Assembly: GCA_963805085.1 (NCBI GenBank)
Contig: CAWDTA010000004.1
Span: 64,001 to 128,000 of the forward strand
DNA from: an uncultured Veillonellaceae bacterium
Lineage (GTDB): Bacteria > Bacillota > Negativicutes > JARBTT01
Length of the DNA: 64,000 nucleotides
Direction of reading: 5' to 3'
Shown here: positions 53,899-64,000 of the stretch, piece by piece
How positions within the stretch are numbered: position 1 is the stretch's first letter
How the letters are laid out: the number at the start of each line of letters is the position of its first letter
Program-made: the position numbers and the translations under genes
The notes under the pieces: generated by a model
What the model was told of the DNA's origin: nothing
Seen by the model: only the letters and a program-made list of their open reading frames with translations
Database searches by the model: none

Positions 53899-54924
53899 TT
53901 AATATTTTCTCTCTGGTAATATTTTAGCGGCCACATCAGCTGGAAAAATTCCTTCTTCAACATATACATGTTTTTCAACTTTTTCATTGTTTAGAATTTT
54001 TTTCGCAGTTTCCATAATAAGATCCCCTTGTAATGGATTACACTCAACCGTACAGTTAGCTTTACCATCAATCATAGCCTGGAAGATACCTTTTACAGAA
54101 TCAATTGAAATAATGGTGATATCTTTTCCTGGTTTTAAACCAGCTGCTTCGATCGCTTGAATTGCGCCCAATGCCATATCATCATTATGAGCAAATAGAA
54201 TATCAATTTTATCACGATCTGATTTTAAGAAAGATTCCATAACTTCTTGCCCTTTTTGGCGAGTAAATTCACCAGTTTGGGAAAGTAAGATATTATATTT
54301 ATCGGCATTTTTGCTTGCAGCCATTGCATCTTTAAAGCCATTTTGGCGACCAACAGCTACAGAAGATCCAACAGTACCTTCTAATACTGCAATATTAAAT
54401 TTATTACCGCCAGCACGTGGAGCTTTATTTTGCTTTGCCATATATTCATCAATCCACGCGAATACTTTCTTACCTTCTGCTACAGAATCTGTACCAATTT
54501 TTGCAACAAAAAGAGATTCATCACTTAATTTAACATCTCTATCAACGATCATAACTGGAATTTTAGCATCTTTTGCTTCTTTTAAAACTGTATCCCAACC
54601 AGTTTCAACGATTGGTACAAATGCTATAATATCGACACCTTGTGCAATAAAGGAACGAATTGCTTTGATTTGGTTCTCTTGCTTTTGTTGGGCATCTGAA
54701 AATTGAAGAGCAATACCAGCTTTTTGTGCCGCACTCTTTACTGATTCAGTATTTGCAGTTCTCCATTCACTTTCAGCACCAATTTGCGAGAAGCCCATTG
54801 TAATTTTTTTATCAGAACTTGCTGCTTTTTCTTCTTTTGCTTTGTCTCCCGAGGAACACCCTACAACCATCACCATCATAATAGTAGCTAATACAACCGA
54901 AAGGATTTTTTTTAAATTTTTCAT
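53899..54924 (-). CDS. ytfQ: YtfQ-like (galactofuranose/arabinose) binding lipoprotein
   Basis: Lipobox VVGC; GFSQIGAESEWR, DAQQKQENQIKA, AHNDDMALGA, VECNP. Confidence 0.82.
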   Translation of the reverse strand: MKNLKKILSVVLATIMMVMVVGCSSGDKAKEEKAASSDKKITMGFSQIGAESEWRTANTESVKSAAQKAGIALQFSDAQQKQENQIKAIRSFIAQGVDIIAFVPIVETGWDTVLKEAKDAKIPVMIVDRDVKLSDESLFVAKIGTDSVAEGKKVFAWIDEYMAKQNKAPRAGGNKFNIAVLEGTVGSSVAVGRQNGFKDAMAASKNADKYNILLSQTGEFTRQKGQEVMESFLKSDRDKIDILFAHNDDMALGAIQAIEAAGLKPGKDITIISIDSVKGIFQAMIDGKANCTVECNPLQGDLIMETAKKILNNEKVEKHVYVEEGIFPADVAAKILPERKY

Positions 54925-55310
54925 TTTTTACTCCTTTTCAATTCAATTAAATTTGATAACAAACTTTCACTAAACTATGTTTTGCTGGTCTGAAACTCCG
55001 ATAAAACAAATGAAAAAAGTTCTGTTTTCCACCTTCTTTTTTTACAAGCATCTCAAGCGATCCTTGCAGTTTCAGTATCTGTAAACTTTTTGATTCATTA
55101 TAAGCTTTTAACAGCTTACAGATTGTCAAGTTCGTTTTTGTAAATTACTGAATTTTGCGACATCTGTTGAAACACATTTTTGTCTATTAAGTGGAATATT
55201 GTCCATTTTCTGAATATTCACAATAAACAAAACTTGACTTAAATAAATACAACATTGACAAATTCCATCTTTTTATTATATGTATTTACAACTTTTAAAA
55301 ACAGTAATGG

Positions 55311-55363
55311 ATTTGTCATACAACTTATATTATAAGTATATACTGCCTATTAGAATTTTTCAA
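55311..55363 (-). promoter_or_regulatory. Promoter with predicted AraR operator upstream of ABC cluster
   Basis: TTGAAA-17-TATACT (55335-55363) followed by ATTTGTCATACAACTT (55311-55326). Confidence 0.7.
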
Positions 55364-55423
55364 TGTTTTTTTCAATAATCTGGATATGAAAAAATTCATT
55401 TCATTCCAATCCTCGCGCGCACT

Positions 55424-55463
55424 AAAAAACGCTATCTGACTTTACCAGTCAGATAGCGTTTTT
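55424..55463 (-). terminator. sigH terminator
   Basis: AAAAACGCTATCTGACT/AGTCAGATAGCGTTTTT. Confidence 0.88.
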
Positions 55464-56196
55464 AACTATCGCCGAGACCTCCACAGAGACCATGTAACTG
55501 TTTATTAATATTTGTTAATCCATTATAGACACTATTGACATCGGTATCATCACTACGATTGTCTAAATAACGCTCTAATTTACGTTTGACACGTTGCAAA
55601 GCATTATCAATAGACTTAACATGACGATCAAGTTCTACTGCAATTTCTTGGTAAGATTTTCCATCAAGATAAGACATAAGAACTTTCCATTCCAAATCAC
55701 TGAGAATTTGCCCCATCTTTGCCTCAATATCAATAAATTCTTCACGACTAATAACAAGTTCTTCTGGATCGGAAATTTTCGAACCAGATAACACATCCAA
55801 TAATGTACGATCAGAGTCTTCATCATAAATTGGTTTATTCAAAGACACATAGGAATTTAACGGAATATGTTTTTGGCGTGTTGCCGTTTTTATTGCCGTA
55901 ATAATTTGTCTAGTAACACATAACTCCGCAAACGCTCTAAAAGATGACAATTTGTCATTTCTAAAATCTCTAATTGCTTTATATAATCCAATCATTCCTT
56001 CTTGGATTATATCTTCACGATCTGCACCGATTAAAAAGTAAGAACGTGCTTTTGCTCTGACAAAATTTCGATATTTATTAATCAGATAATCTAGTGCGAT
56101 ATTATTATCGTTCGTCTTAGCTTCAGCGACAATTTCTTCATCGGTCATATTCTCAAAATCATTAAATACTTCTTCACTTTGAATATTAACTCGCAT
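55462..56196 (-). CDS. sigH: RNA polymerase sigma factor SigH
   Basis: YFLIGADREDIIQEG, ATRQKHIPLNSY, KSIDNALQRVK. Confidence 0.97.
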   Translation of the reverse strand: MRVNIQSEEVFNDFENMTDEEIVAEAKTNDNNIALDYLINKYRNFVRAKARSYFLIGADREDIIQEGMIGLYKAIRDFRNDKLSSFRAFAELCVTRQIITAIKTATRQKHIPLNSYVSLNKPIYDEDSDRTLLDVLSGSKISDPEELVISREEFIDIEAKMGQILSDLEWKVLMSYLDGKSYQEIAVELDRHVKSIDNALQRVKRKLERYLDNRSDDTDVNSVYNGLTNINKQLHGLCGGLGDS

Positions 56197-56355
56197 CGCA
56201 CCGCCTCCTCAAAATTTCTCTTGTAACGATTTCTATTCACTTTACAAACAATTAGCTTGTACTTTCCACACCGTTCTAGGATCAAAAGTATAAGAAAAAG
56301 AAAATGCGCCTTCGCGCTGTTGATATGGTTAACTATCTACATTTCTTTACAGCAA

Positions 56356-56384
56356 ATTATACCCTAGGGCAATGCCCTAGTCAA
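56356..56384 (-). promoter_or_regulatory. SigA promoter of sigH with internal palindrome
   Basis: TTGACT-17-TATAAT. Confidence 0.7.
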
Positions 56385-56421
56385 GCATCAATTGCCCAGT
56401 TCTATTGTTTTACATAACTAT

Positions 56422-56949
56422 TTAACGTCTTTTTCTAAATTCATCCAATTTTCTGGCAACATCCGCCTTAATTCGACCCCCAAGTTCACTTCTTGATAGC
56501 AAGGCTGGATTGCGAATATATTCTTGCTCAATCTTTTTTTTCGTCTTTATAATATCTTTTCGAAACTCCCGTACTGATACCCGATAAGCACCCGCACCTA
56601 AAATAACTGTTTGTTCGGCATAATCAGAAGTAACAACATAAACTTCTTTACCTTCTCGAACCAAAGTATAGGCTAGCCTTTCTATATAACTATCGGCAGT
56701 TTCACCTTCGTCGGTATAAATGAGTACTAAATTTTTATTTACTTGCTCATACGATTCACTCGTTACCGTAAAAAAGGCATCAAAAACAATCGTGATATCG
56801 TACTGCTGAAATGCCCCATATTCAGTTAAAATATCTATCAGTTTATCTCTCGCAAACTCCAAGCTATCTCTAATTGCAATTAATTCTGGCCAAGCATTGA
56901 TGACATTATACCCATCAATTATGAAATGTTCGCGTTTCCCATTTTTCAT
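56422..56949 (-). CDS. rae1: NYN-domain ribosome-dependent endoribonuclease (Rae1/YacP)
   Basis: IIDGYNVI, VFDA, ETADSYIE, VTSD; position between rlmB and sigH. Confidence 0.88.
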   Translation of the reverse strand: MKNGKREHFIIDGYNVINAWPELIAIRDSLEFARDKLIDILTEYGAFQQYDITIVFDAFFTVTSESYEQVNKNLVLIYTDEGETADSYIERLAYTLVREGKEVYVVTSDYAEQTVILGAGAYRVSVREFRKDIIKTKKKIEQEYIRNPALLSRSELGGRIKADVARKLDEFRKRR

Positions 56950-57054
56950 TTATTTTCTCCTGAACAGGCACTCTATGACAAATTCTTTTATTTACTCAAA
57001 ACATATTATTAATTATAACATAAAAGGTTAGCATTTTCGCTGACCTTAATCGTT

Positions 57055-57867
57055 TTATTTATTTGCTTTTAGCATACGCTGCTTAGCGGATTCAAACATT
57101 AAAATGGAGCCGGCAACAGAAGCATTCAAAGAATTGATCTTGCCGCCCATTGGTATCTGCACTAAAAAGTCACACTGTTCTTTTGTTAAACGACCAATAC
57201 CTTTGCCTTCACTACCAATGACAAGCACTAAAGCGCCCGTTAAATCTGCTTCATAATAGGTTTTGTCCCCATCCATGTCAGCACCAACAACCCACATTCC
57301 CATTTTTTTAAGTTCTTTAATCGTTTGCGCAATGTTACCAATCCTCGCCACTGGAACGTATTCCACTGCCCCAGCTGAAGTTTTTGCTACAGTTGCCGAT
57401 AATGGACAACTCCGGCGTTTAGGAATAAGTACTCCATGCACACCAGCTGCATCTGCCGTCCGCAGGATCGCACCTAAATTATGTGGATCTTCTAGCTCAT
57501 CTAGCAAAACGATAAACGGCGGCTGTCCTAGATCATTTGCTTTTTGTAAAATATCTTCAATCTCAACATATTCCACTGGCGATGCATAAGCAAGTACACC
57601 TTGATGGCGTAACCCTTTCGTTATTTCATCGAGTTTTTTCATTTCAACTTCTTGAATGATCTGACGATTTTCTTTAGCAAGCGCAATGACCTCTTTAATC
57701 GAACCTTGTCGTTCTCCTTTGGCAATTAGCACTTTATTAATAGAACGTCCACTTTTTAACGCTTCCATCACGCTATTGCGGCCGATGATAATTTCATCTG
57801 ATAATTCCTGCTGTTCTTCTTGAACTTCTCTATTGCTTTTATTTTCTTTTCTTCCAGTTTTATTCAT
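57055..57867 (-). CDS. rlmB: 23S rRNA G2251 2'-O-methyltransferase
   Basis: EDPHNLGAILR, GSEGKG, SLNASVA. Confidence 0.95.
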   Translation of the reverse strand: MNKTGRKENKSNREVQEEQQELSDEIIIGRNSVMEALKSGRSINKVLIAKGERQGSIKEVIALAKENRQIIQEVEMKKLDEITKGLRHQGVLAYASPVEYVEIEDILQKANDLGQPPFIVLLDELEDPHNLGAILRTADAAGVHGVLIPKRRSCPLSATVAKTSAGAVEYVPVARIGNIAQTIKELKKMGMWVVGADMDGDKTYYEADLTGALVLVIGSEGKGIGRLTKEQCDFLVQIPMGGKINSLNASVAGSILMFESAKQRMLKANK

Positions 57868-57893
57868 ATCATTACCTCCAACTGTTTCTATAT

Positions 57894-59228
57894 CTATGCT
57901 TTTAAATTTAAAAACTTTTCTTTCATTTGTAACATCTGCCCACAGCTGAGCTTACCTTCGGGGCATTGTCCTAATACACAAGGTGGCAAAGCCTGTTCAT
58001 ATAACGCTAACGATAATTTACGAAGCAGCATTACCTTTTTGGCCGCTAATTCACGAATTTCCCATTGTGCATTCATACAAGTCCGATCGGCCAGCATGGA
58101 GATATCGGCACGGGCGTTAGCAGAAATAATGACTTTTACTTGGTCACAATTGAGTAAAAAGAATAATGCTTGCGCCTCACCATATTTTTCGGCAATGCGT
58201 TTACGGAATGCCTTGATACGCTTTGCTATTTCTTTATATTCTTCACAAAAGATGGACTGTTTAATCGTTTCTGGTACTTTTACGACTCTCGTCTCATCAT
58301 ATAATAAATCTGTTAAACTCTCACGGTAATTTGCCGTGATTCTATGACGCAGTTGTTGATGATAAGTTACTAGGCTACACATCATACCAAAGGTGGTTCG
58401 CGCTTGTTCAGCAATACTTGAATGTCCATAACTTAGGACACGCTCTACGACACCTTTTGCTCTTGCTGGCGCCTCATCACCCCATTTAGCGATTGATTCT
58501 GATGGCGCAATCTTCATTGTACTGGTCATGGCTCCAAAGCCAACCTTCATGTCAAGATCCGTAAATTTATTTAATAAAATCAAGTTATCTCTGGAATTGA
58601 TGCTAGCAAAATACTCTTGATAAAAAGCTTGTAGCAAATCTGTCTTCTTACTATTTTCTTGCTTTGCCATGAGTAACGCAGTGATGCGCTTTGGCAAACA
58701 CCGCTTTAACGCAGCAAGTTCTTCGGTAAACAATGCTCCATATGTAGCATCCATAAATAGACGAAATAAATCAACTAACTTGTCCCCTGCCATAGCAACA
58801 CAAACATTTGTCTTTGTAATAAGGGGCAATATATAACGGGCATCTTCAATTGGAATCCCATATACATAATTCGCTAACTTCGGGCGACCTTTAAATTCGC
58901 CTTCTTTTAATGCTGACATCTTCCCATAAAGTGCAAAAGCTGCCTGTGTAAGTTCTTCAGCTTCTTGATTATCCGCTTCCTCTAATTGAGGCAACGTATA
59001 CGACTGGCGATTCATCGTCACATATCGTTGACTTTGCTGTACATAAGAATCTTTTAGTTCGCAAATTAAGGTACTTTGCAAACGATTGATGCCTTCAAAA
59101 ATAAACGAAAGATTACACGTTCTTAAGAAATCACGTACTTCACTTTCTGTTAGATTACAAATATCATGCGCTTCAAAAAAATCTTCTACTTTATCAATAC
59201 CGGTTGCTTCAAATTGAGCAATTTTCAT
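57894..59228 (-). CDS. thyX: FAD-dependent thymidylate synthase-like protein with two tandem ThyX domains
   Basis: SYVQQSQRY and EDARYILP in N-half; GHSSIAE, HQQLRHR, AQWEIR in C-half; mrnC-thyX-rlmB synteny. Confidence 0.72.
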   Translation of the reverse strand: MKIAQFEATGIDKVEDFFEAHDICNLTESEVRDFLRTCNLSFIFEGINRLQSTLICELKDSYVQQSQRYVTMNRQSYTLPQLEEADNQEAEELTQAAFALYGKMSALKEGEFKGRPKLANYVYGIPIEDARYILPLITKTNVCVAMAGDKLVDLFRLFMDATYGALFTEELAALKRCLPKRITALLMAKQENSKKTDLLQAFYQEYFASINSRDNLILLNKFTDLDMKVGFGAMTSTMKIAPSESIAKWGDEAPARAKGVVERVLSYGHSSIAEQARTTFGMMCSLVTYHQQLRHRITANYRESLTDLLYDETRVVKVPETIKQSIFCEEYKEIAKRIKAFRKRIAEKYGEAQALFFLLNCDQVKVIISANARADISMLADRTCMNAQWEIRELAAKKVMLLRKLSLALYEQALPPCVLGQCPEGKLSCGQMLQMKEKFLNLKA

Positions 59229-59356
59229 TCCATTCACTCTCCAGTTATTCCTGTACATAAATACATATCGGTATATTATAACAATAAATCTTATCCTAAT
59301 GCAATTCATTCACCTAGCCATACGTAGCATAAATTTATGTTTTTTAAAATTTATCA

Positions 59357-59400
59357 TGATAAATGGACTATCACAAGGCTTTGCAATAGTCCATTTATCA
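59357..59400 (-). terminator. Hairpin after mrnC
   Basis: TGATAAATGGACTAT/ATAGTCCATTTATCA 15-bp stem. Confidence 0.6.
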
Positions 59401-59405
59401 TACTT

Positions 59406-59891
59406 CTATTTTAGTTTCGTCTTATCCATCATCTCCTGCGAAATGATGCTAAAAGATTTCCCTACCAATTCCTGTAGGCGTTCATATTTTTCCTCTAGAT
59501 AAAGTGCACCAAGTAACGACTCAAAGCCCGTACTCGCTCTATATTCGGCAACCGTAGCACTCTTTGGCACATGACTTTTTGCATTACGACCACGCCGAAA
59601 TACCGCTTTTTCTTCTTCGGTTAGCAGCTCTTCAATGCCATGATAAGCAACAGATTGCCAAGAAGCCGATACGATTTTTGCCCCAAAGCTATGTAAAACT
59701 TGCACTTTATTTTGTTCATGTGCTAAGAGTCTGCCACGCACATATAAGTTAAAATAGGCATCCCCTATATAGGCAAGGACGAGTGGGTTCAAGGCATCCA
59801 CTCGAATCTCCTTATACTTTTGCTTGACGGCCCCTGACTCATCAGGCTGAAGAACACTATCAACTAAAAATTTAAAATGATCAAACTTCAT
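59406..59891 (-). CDS. mrnC: Mini-ribonuclease III
   Basis: LAYIGDA, RRGRNAK, YRASTGFESLLG. Confidence 0.93.
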   Translation of the reverse strand: MKFDHFKFLVDSVLQPDESGAVKQKYKEIRVDALNPLVLAYIGDAYFNLYVRGRLLAHEQNKVQVLHSFGAKIVSASWQSVAYHGIEELLTEEEKAVFRRGRNAKSHVPKSATVAEYRASTGFESLLGALYLEEKYERLQELVGKSFSIISQEMMDKTKLK

Positions 59892-61330
59892 TATTTCTTC
59901 CACCTAATCCCCGTAGGTGAATCCTCTAACGTTACCCCAATTGCATTCAGCTCATCACGAATTTTATCAGCAGTTGCCCAATCTTTGGACACTCTTGCTT
60001 GTTGACGAAGTTCAATAATAATTTTCATTAGATCTTCTACCATTTCTTCATCCTCCTCACTCGTTTTTTCCCTTATATCTACTAAGATACCCAAGATATC
60101 TGACATATCTTCATATACACCGCGAGCTACCGCAAATGATTCGCTATCATGCTTAATTTTACCAGTCGCAACCGCATGATAATACACATTGATTTCTTTT
60201 GCTAGTGCAAACATACTGCTTAGTGCCAACGCTGTATTGAAATCGTCATCCATCGCTTCATAGAAATCCTGTTTTACTTTTTTTGCAGTACTCACAAGTG
60301 CTTTCGATATATCACTCTCTTCACCTGCTGGCTGTTTTTCAAGCTCTATACTATTTAACATGGCTGTTTTCAAACGTTCCAAACTGCGCGCCGATTCATT
60401 CAAACGTTCATCACTAAAATCAAGCGGACTGCGGTAATGTGTCTCTACAATAAAAAACCGTAAAACTTCTGCTGGATACTGTTTTAAGATATCAAGAACA
60501 GTAAAGAAATTATTCAGTGATTTGCTCATTTTTTCTTCATTGATTGTAATAAATCCATTATGCAACCAATATTTTACGAATGCATGAGAATCCCCACAAC
60601 AGGCTTGTGATTGCGCAATTTCATTTTCATGATGTGGGAAAATAAGATCACTACCACCACCATGAAAATCAAAAGTTTCACCTAAATATTTAAGTGACAT
60701 CGCCGAACATTCAATATGCCAACCAGGGCGCCCAGCACCCCAAGGACTTTCCCACGAAGGTTCACCAGTTTTTGCACTCTTCCAAAGGGCAAAATCCATT
60801 GGATGGTTCTTACGTTCATCAACATTAACGCGCGCACCAGCTTGCATATCTTCTAATTTACGTCCACTTAATTTACCATAGTCCGCAAATTTTTCAACGC
60901 TATAATAGACATCACCATCAACTTGGTAGGCATAGCCTTTCTCCACTAAAGTACCAATCATTGCAATAATTTCATCAATATGATCGGAAACCTTTGGATA
61001 AATATCAGCACGAGTTACATTTAGTTTATCCATTACTTCAAAATATGCTTCAATATACCGTCCAGAAATATCAGCCCAAGTTAGCTTTTCCTGATTGGCT
61101 GTACGAATGATTTTATCATCTACATCCGTAAAATTTTGTACATGCTTTACCTTGTAGCCGGATTTTTTTAAATACCGTTTAATTACATCCCAAGTCACAA
61201 ATGGTCTAGCATTTCCAATATGTGGATGATTGTAAGGTGTAACCCCACAAACATAAATACTAGCTTCACCGGCAACTTGTGGCACAAACTCTTCTTTTTG
61301 TTTTGTTAACGTATTATAAACTTTTAACAT
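59891..61330 (-). CDS. cysS: Cysteine-tRNA ligase
   Basis: CGVT, HIGN, WHIECS, KMSKS. Confidence 0.98.
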   Translation of the reverse strand: MLKVYNTLTKQKEEFVPQVAGEASIYVCGVTPYNHPHIGNARPFVTWDVIKRYLKKSGYKVKHVQNFTDVDDKIIRTANQEKLTWADISGRYIEAYFEVMDKLNVTRADIYPKVSDHIDEIIAMIGTLVEKGYAYQVDGDVYYSVEKFADYGKLSGRKLEDMQAGARVNVDERKNHPMDFALWKSAKTGEPSWESPWGAGRPGWHIECSAMSLKYLGETFDFHGGGSDLIFPHHENEIAQSQACCGDSHAFVKYWLHNGFITINEEKMSKSLNNFFTVLDILKQYPAEVLRFFIVETHYRSPLDFSDERLNESARSLERLKTAMLNSIELEKQPAGEESDISKALVSTAKKVKQDFYEAMDDDFNTALALSSMFALAKEINVYYHAVATGKIKHDSESFAVARGVYEDMSDILGILVDIREKTSEEDEEMVEDLMKIIIELRQQARVSKDWATADKIRDELNAIGVTLEDSPTGIRWKK

Positions 61331-62060
61331 TGTCTTTTCCCAGCTCCTTTTCCATCTTTTTGATTCTGGCTTCTAGCTGTTGGATATTTCTATGCATACA
61401 CATAAGCATTTCTTCTTCTGGATCTGGTAAATTACCATGTGACAAATCAACATCCTTTTCTTCCTCTGCCTCTGTATCGGTGTCAATAGCCACTAACTTC
61501 ATTCTATTTTCTTCGGCAATTTGCTCTGGTGTCTTTATTTTTTTACCATACATTAAGACAACTTTACCAGGAATACCGACTACAGTCGCATTCGCTGGAA
61601 CTTCTTTCAATACCACCGACCCTGCTCCAATTTTCGCATGATCACCTACAGAAAAAGAACCCAGTACTTTTGCACCCGAAGCAACAACAACATTATTGCC
61701 GATGGTAGGGTGACGTTTTCCTTTTTCTTTTCCTGTCCCGCCTAAAGTAACACCTTGATAAAGGGTTACATTCTTGCCTATTTCGGCAGTTTCACCGATA
61801 ACGATTCCTGAGCCATGATCGATAAATAAACCTTCCCCAATCGTTGCTCCCGGATGAATCTCAATACCTGTTAAAAACCGCGCAAAATTAGAAATCATCC
61901 GTGGAAACAAGATCCAGCCTTTTAAATAAAAATAATGTGATAATCTATGAAACCAAATGGCATGTAACCCTTGATAGCAAAAAATCACTTCCCAAATGCT
62001 TTTCGCCGCAGGGTCACGATCAAATACCACACGAATATCTTTTCTCAAGCGTGCAAACAT
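61314..62060 (-). CDS. cysE: Serine O-acetyltransferase
   Basis: [32 protein letters not shown]. Confidence 0.97.
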   Translation of the reverse strand: MFARLRKDIRVVFDRDPAAKSIWEVIFCYQGLHAIWFHRLSHYFYLKGWILFPRMISNFARFLTGIEIHPGATIGEGLFIDHGSGIVIGETAEIGKNVTLYQGVTLGGTGKEKGKRHPTIGNNVVVASGAKVLGSFSVGDHAKIGAGSVVLKEVPANATVVGIPGKVVLMYGKKIKTPEQIAEENRMKLVAIDTDTEAEEEKDVDLSHGNLPDPEEEMLMCMHRNIQQLEARIKKMEKELGKDNVKSL

Positions 62061-62094
62061 CGTACTACAACTCCCCCATTTTTCACTAAAAATA

Positions 62095-62335
62095 CATAAA
62101 AAAAGACCATCATCTCATTACAGAGACGATGGTTCGTGGTTCCACTCTGTTTAGGCAAATAAAATTATTTACCTCACTCAATACATATAACGGCTGCTAC
62201 CGATTTAGTCTACTAACTCTTCGACTAAATTGCTCCTGGGTGCATTTGGGTGGCTTCCTTCCTAGTACTAATTACAGCTACGATAGTACCTCTCTGAAGG
62301 AGGAAGTTCACTTACTCTCCCAATCAACACATTTA
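62095..62335 (-). ncRNA. T-box riboswitch, Cys specifier
   Basis: AGAGAG and GCTG boxes, specifier AAA-TGC-A, T-box AACAGAGTGGAACCACG, terminator with U-run; upstream of cysE-cysS. Confidence 0.9.
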
Positions 62336-62386
62336 TCTATTTATCATTCTATGTAAGCGAACACTTATTAGCACCTAAGTTTTTGC

Positions 62387-63850
62387 TTAATTTAGACTAC
62401 TCATCGTTGCATCAATACGAGCAATCACGCGTTTACGACCTAACACTTCAATTAGGCGAACTAGGTCTGGCCCATGCATTTGTCCTGTCATCGCCACACG
62501 AATTGGCATAAATACCTTTTTCCCACCAACTTTTAGTTCCTTGGTAATGGCCTTTAAAATAGGTTTGATATTCGCTGCATCCACTTCTGCTAAAGCATTT
62601 AATTTTTCTTTAAACAAAGCAATGACAGCAGGAATTTCTTCGTCCAGTAAAACATCTTTTGTTTCTTGATCTTCAATCACAACAGCATCTTTAAAATAGA
62701 TGTCAGCATAATCGACGACTTGCGCTACATAGCTCAAATGATCTTGGATAACAGCAATAAATTTGACTAATTTATCTTTATCCTCTGCAGTTAGCTCGCC
62801 ATCGATATAACCTGCTTCTACTAGATGAGGAATTGCTAAAAATGTGATTTTTTCAGCACTTGCGGCTTTCATATAATGGGCATTAATCCAGTTTAATTTA
62901 TCAATATCAAATACTGCTGGATTTTTTGCTACGCGATCCATCGAAAACTCTTGGATAAGTTCTTCTGATGAAAAAATTTCTTGTTCACTGTTTGGTGCCC
63001 AACCAAGTAATGCAAGGAAGTTGTCAATTGCTTCTGGTAAATAGCCCAGCTTGCGATATTGATCAACGGAAGTTGCACCATGGCGTTTACTCATCTTGCT
63101 ACGATCTTTCCCTAGGATAAGGGAAATATGACCAAAAATAGGCACTGGTAAATCAAGTGCTTGATATAACACAACTTGACGTGGAGTATTCGATAGATGC
63201 TCTTCCGCACGAATAACATGACTGATTTTCATTAATGCATCATCAAGTACTACCGCATAATTATACACTGGCGTACCATCGGATTTTACAATAACGAAAT
63301 CGCCAACACCATTCGATTCAAAACTCATTTTACCACGAACTAAATCATCAAAAACAATTTGCTGATTTGCTGGCGTTCTAAAACGAATCGTAGGTTTTCT
63401 ACCTTCAGCAATAAATTTTGCTTCTTGCTCTGCCGTTAATTGACGACATTTCCCTTGATAAATTGGCATCTCATTCTTTGCCATTAAAGCATTACGATCC
63501 GCTTCTAATTCTTCATCAGAACAGTAACAGTAATAGGCTTTACCCTCAGCGAGAAGTTTATCCGTAAACTTTTTATAAATTTCAATACGTTCTGTTTGAC
63601 GGTATGGACCATATTCGCCCCCCACATCAATACCTTCGTCCCAAGTAATCCCTAACCACTTTAACGCGTTTTTGATATTTTCTTCTGACTCCTTGGTTGA
63701 ACGTGCTCTATCTGTATCTTCGATTCTTAAAATTAATTTACCACCTGTTTTTTTAGCAAGTAACCAATTAAATAATGCTGATCTTGCACCACCAATATGA
63801 AATGGACCTGTTGGACTTGGTGCAAATCGTACGCGTACTTCTTCTGACAT
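62387..63850 (-). CDS. gltX: Glutamate-tRNA ligase
   Basis: RFAPSPTG, HIGG, LRIEDTD, KMSKR. Confidence 0.98.
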   Translation of the reverse strand: MSEEVRVRFAPSPTGPFHIGGARSALFNWLLAKKTGGKLILRIEDTDRARSTKESEENIKNALKWLGITWDEGIDVGGEYGPYRQTERIEIYKKFTDKLLAEGKAYYCYCSDEELEADRNALMAKNEMPIYQGKCRQLTAEQEAKFIAEGRKPTIRFRTPANQQIVFDDLVRGKMSFESNGVGDFVIVKSDGTPVYNYAVVLDDALMKISHVIRAEEHLSNTPRQVVLYQALDLPVPIFGHISLILGKDRSKMSKRHGATSVDQYRKLGYLPEAIDNFLALLGWAPNSEQEIFSSEELIQEFSMDRVAKNPAVFDIDKLNWINAHYMKAASAEKITFLAIPHLVEAGYIDGELTAEDKDKLVKFIAVIQDHLSYVAQVVDYADIYFKDAVVIEDQETKDVLLDEEIPAVIALFKEKLNALAEVDAANIKPILKAITKELKVGGKKVFMPIRVAMTGQMHGPDLVRLIEVLGRKRVIARIDATMSSLN

Positions 63851-63927
63851 AAAAATTAAGCCTCCCACAATATTCGTGTAATGTTTATTTTAACAGAATT
63901 TTTCTCACTATGCAAAAGTCTACACAA

Positions 63928-63999
63928 AATAACTGAGATAATCGGACTATCTCAGTTATTTCTAATAGAGAGTGTTACAAGCATCTTGTAACGCTCTCT
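63928..63999. terminator. Two tandem hairpins upstream of gltX (likely end of the upstream gene)
   Basis: AATAACTGAGATA/TATCTCAGTTATT and AGAGAGTGTTACAAG/CTTGTAACGCTCTCT. Confidence 0.6.
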
Positions 64000-64000
64000 T

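Overview
A 64-kb core-genome window from a low-GC Bacillota, most likely a Negativicute (Selenomonadales/Sporomusaceae-like, inferred from protein sequences and the expanded RpoC insertion). Essentially every gene is on the minus strand. In transcription order: gltX, Cys T-box, cysE-cysS-mrnC, a tandem-domain ThyX-like gene, rlmB, rae1/yacP and sigH. Next come two sugar ABC systems (YtfQ/R/T/YjfF-like and ChvE/GguAB-like), a small orphan membrane protein, a PPi-type PFK and seven tRNAs. These are followed by rpmG-secE-nusG-rplKA-rplJL-rpoBC. A ~13.8-kb carbohydrate block (araR, araBAD and an atypical glucitol-family PTS cluster) sits between rpoC and L7Ae-rpsL. The str, S10 and spc operons and the start of the alpha operon complete the window. 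tuf, fusA, rpoB and rpoC carry many indels that are almost certainly assembly or sequencing errors. The best novelty candidate is the glucitol-family PTS cluster. It lacks SrlD and any kinase, and instead encodes a COG4091/SAF oxidoreductase, a class II aldolase without the distal-phosphate Arg motif, an archaeal-type TIM and a YjbQ protein, suggesting an uncharacterised polyol catabolic route. Also notable: a variant AraR operator (identical 16-mer) linking araBAD to the ABC transporters 25 kb away, a ThyX with its motifs split across two fused domains, and a palindrome inside the sigH promoter. All calls are by eye; no searches were run.
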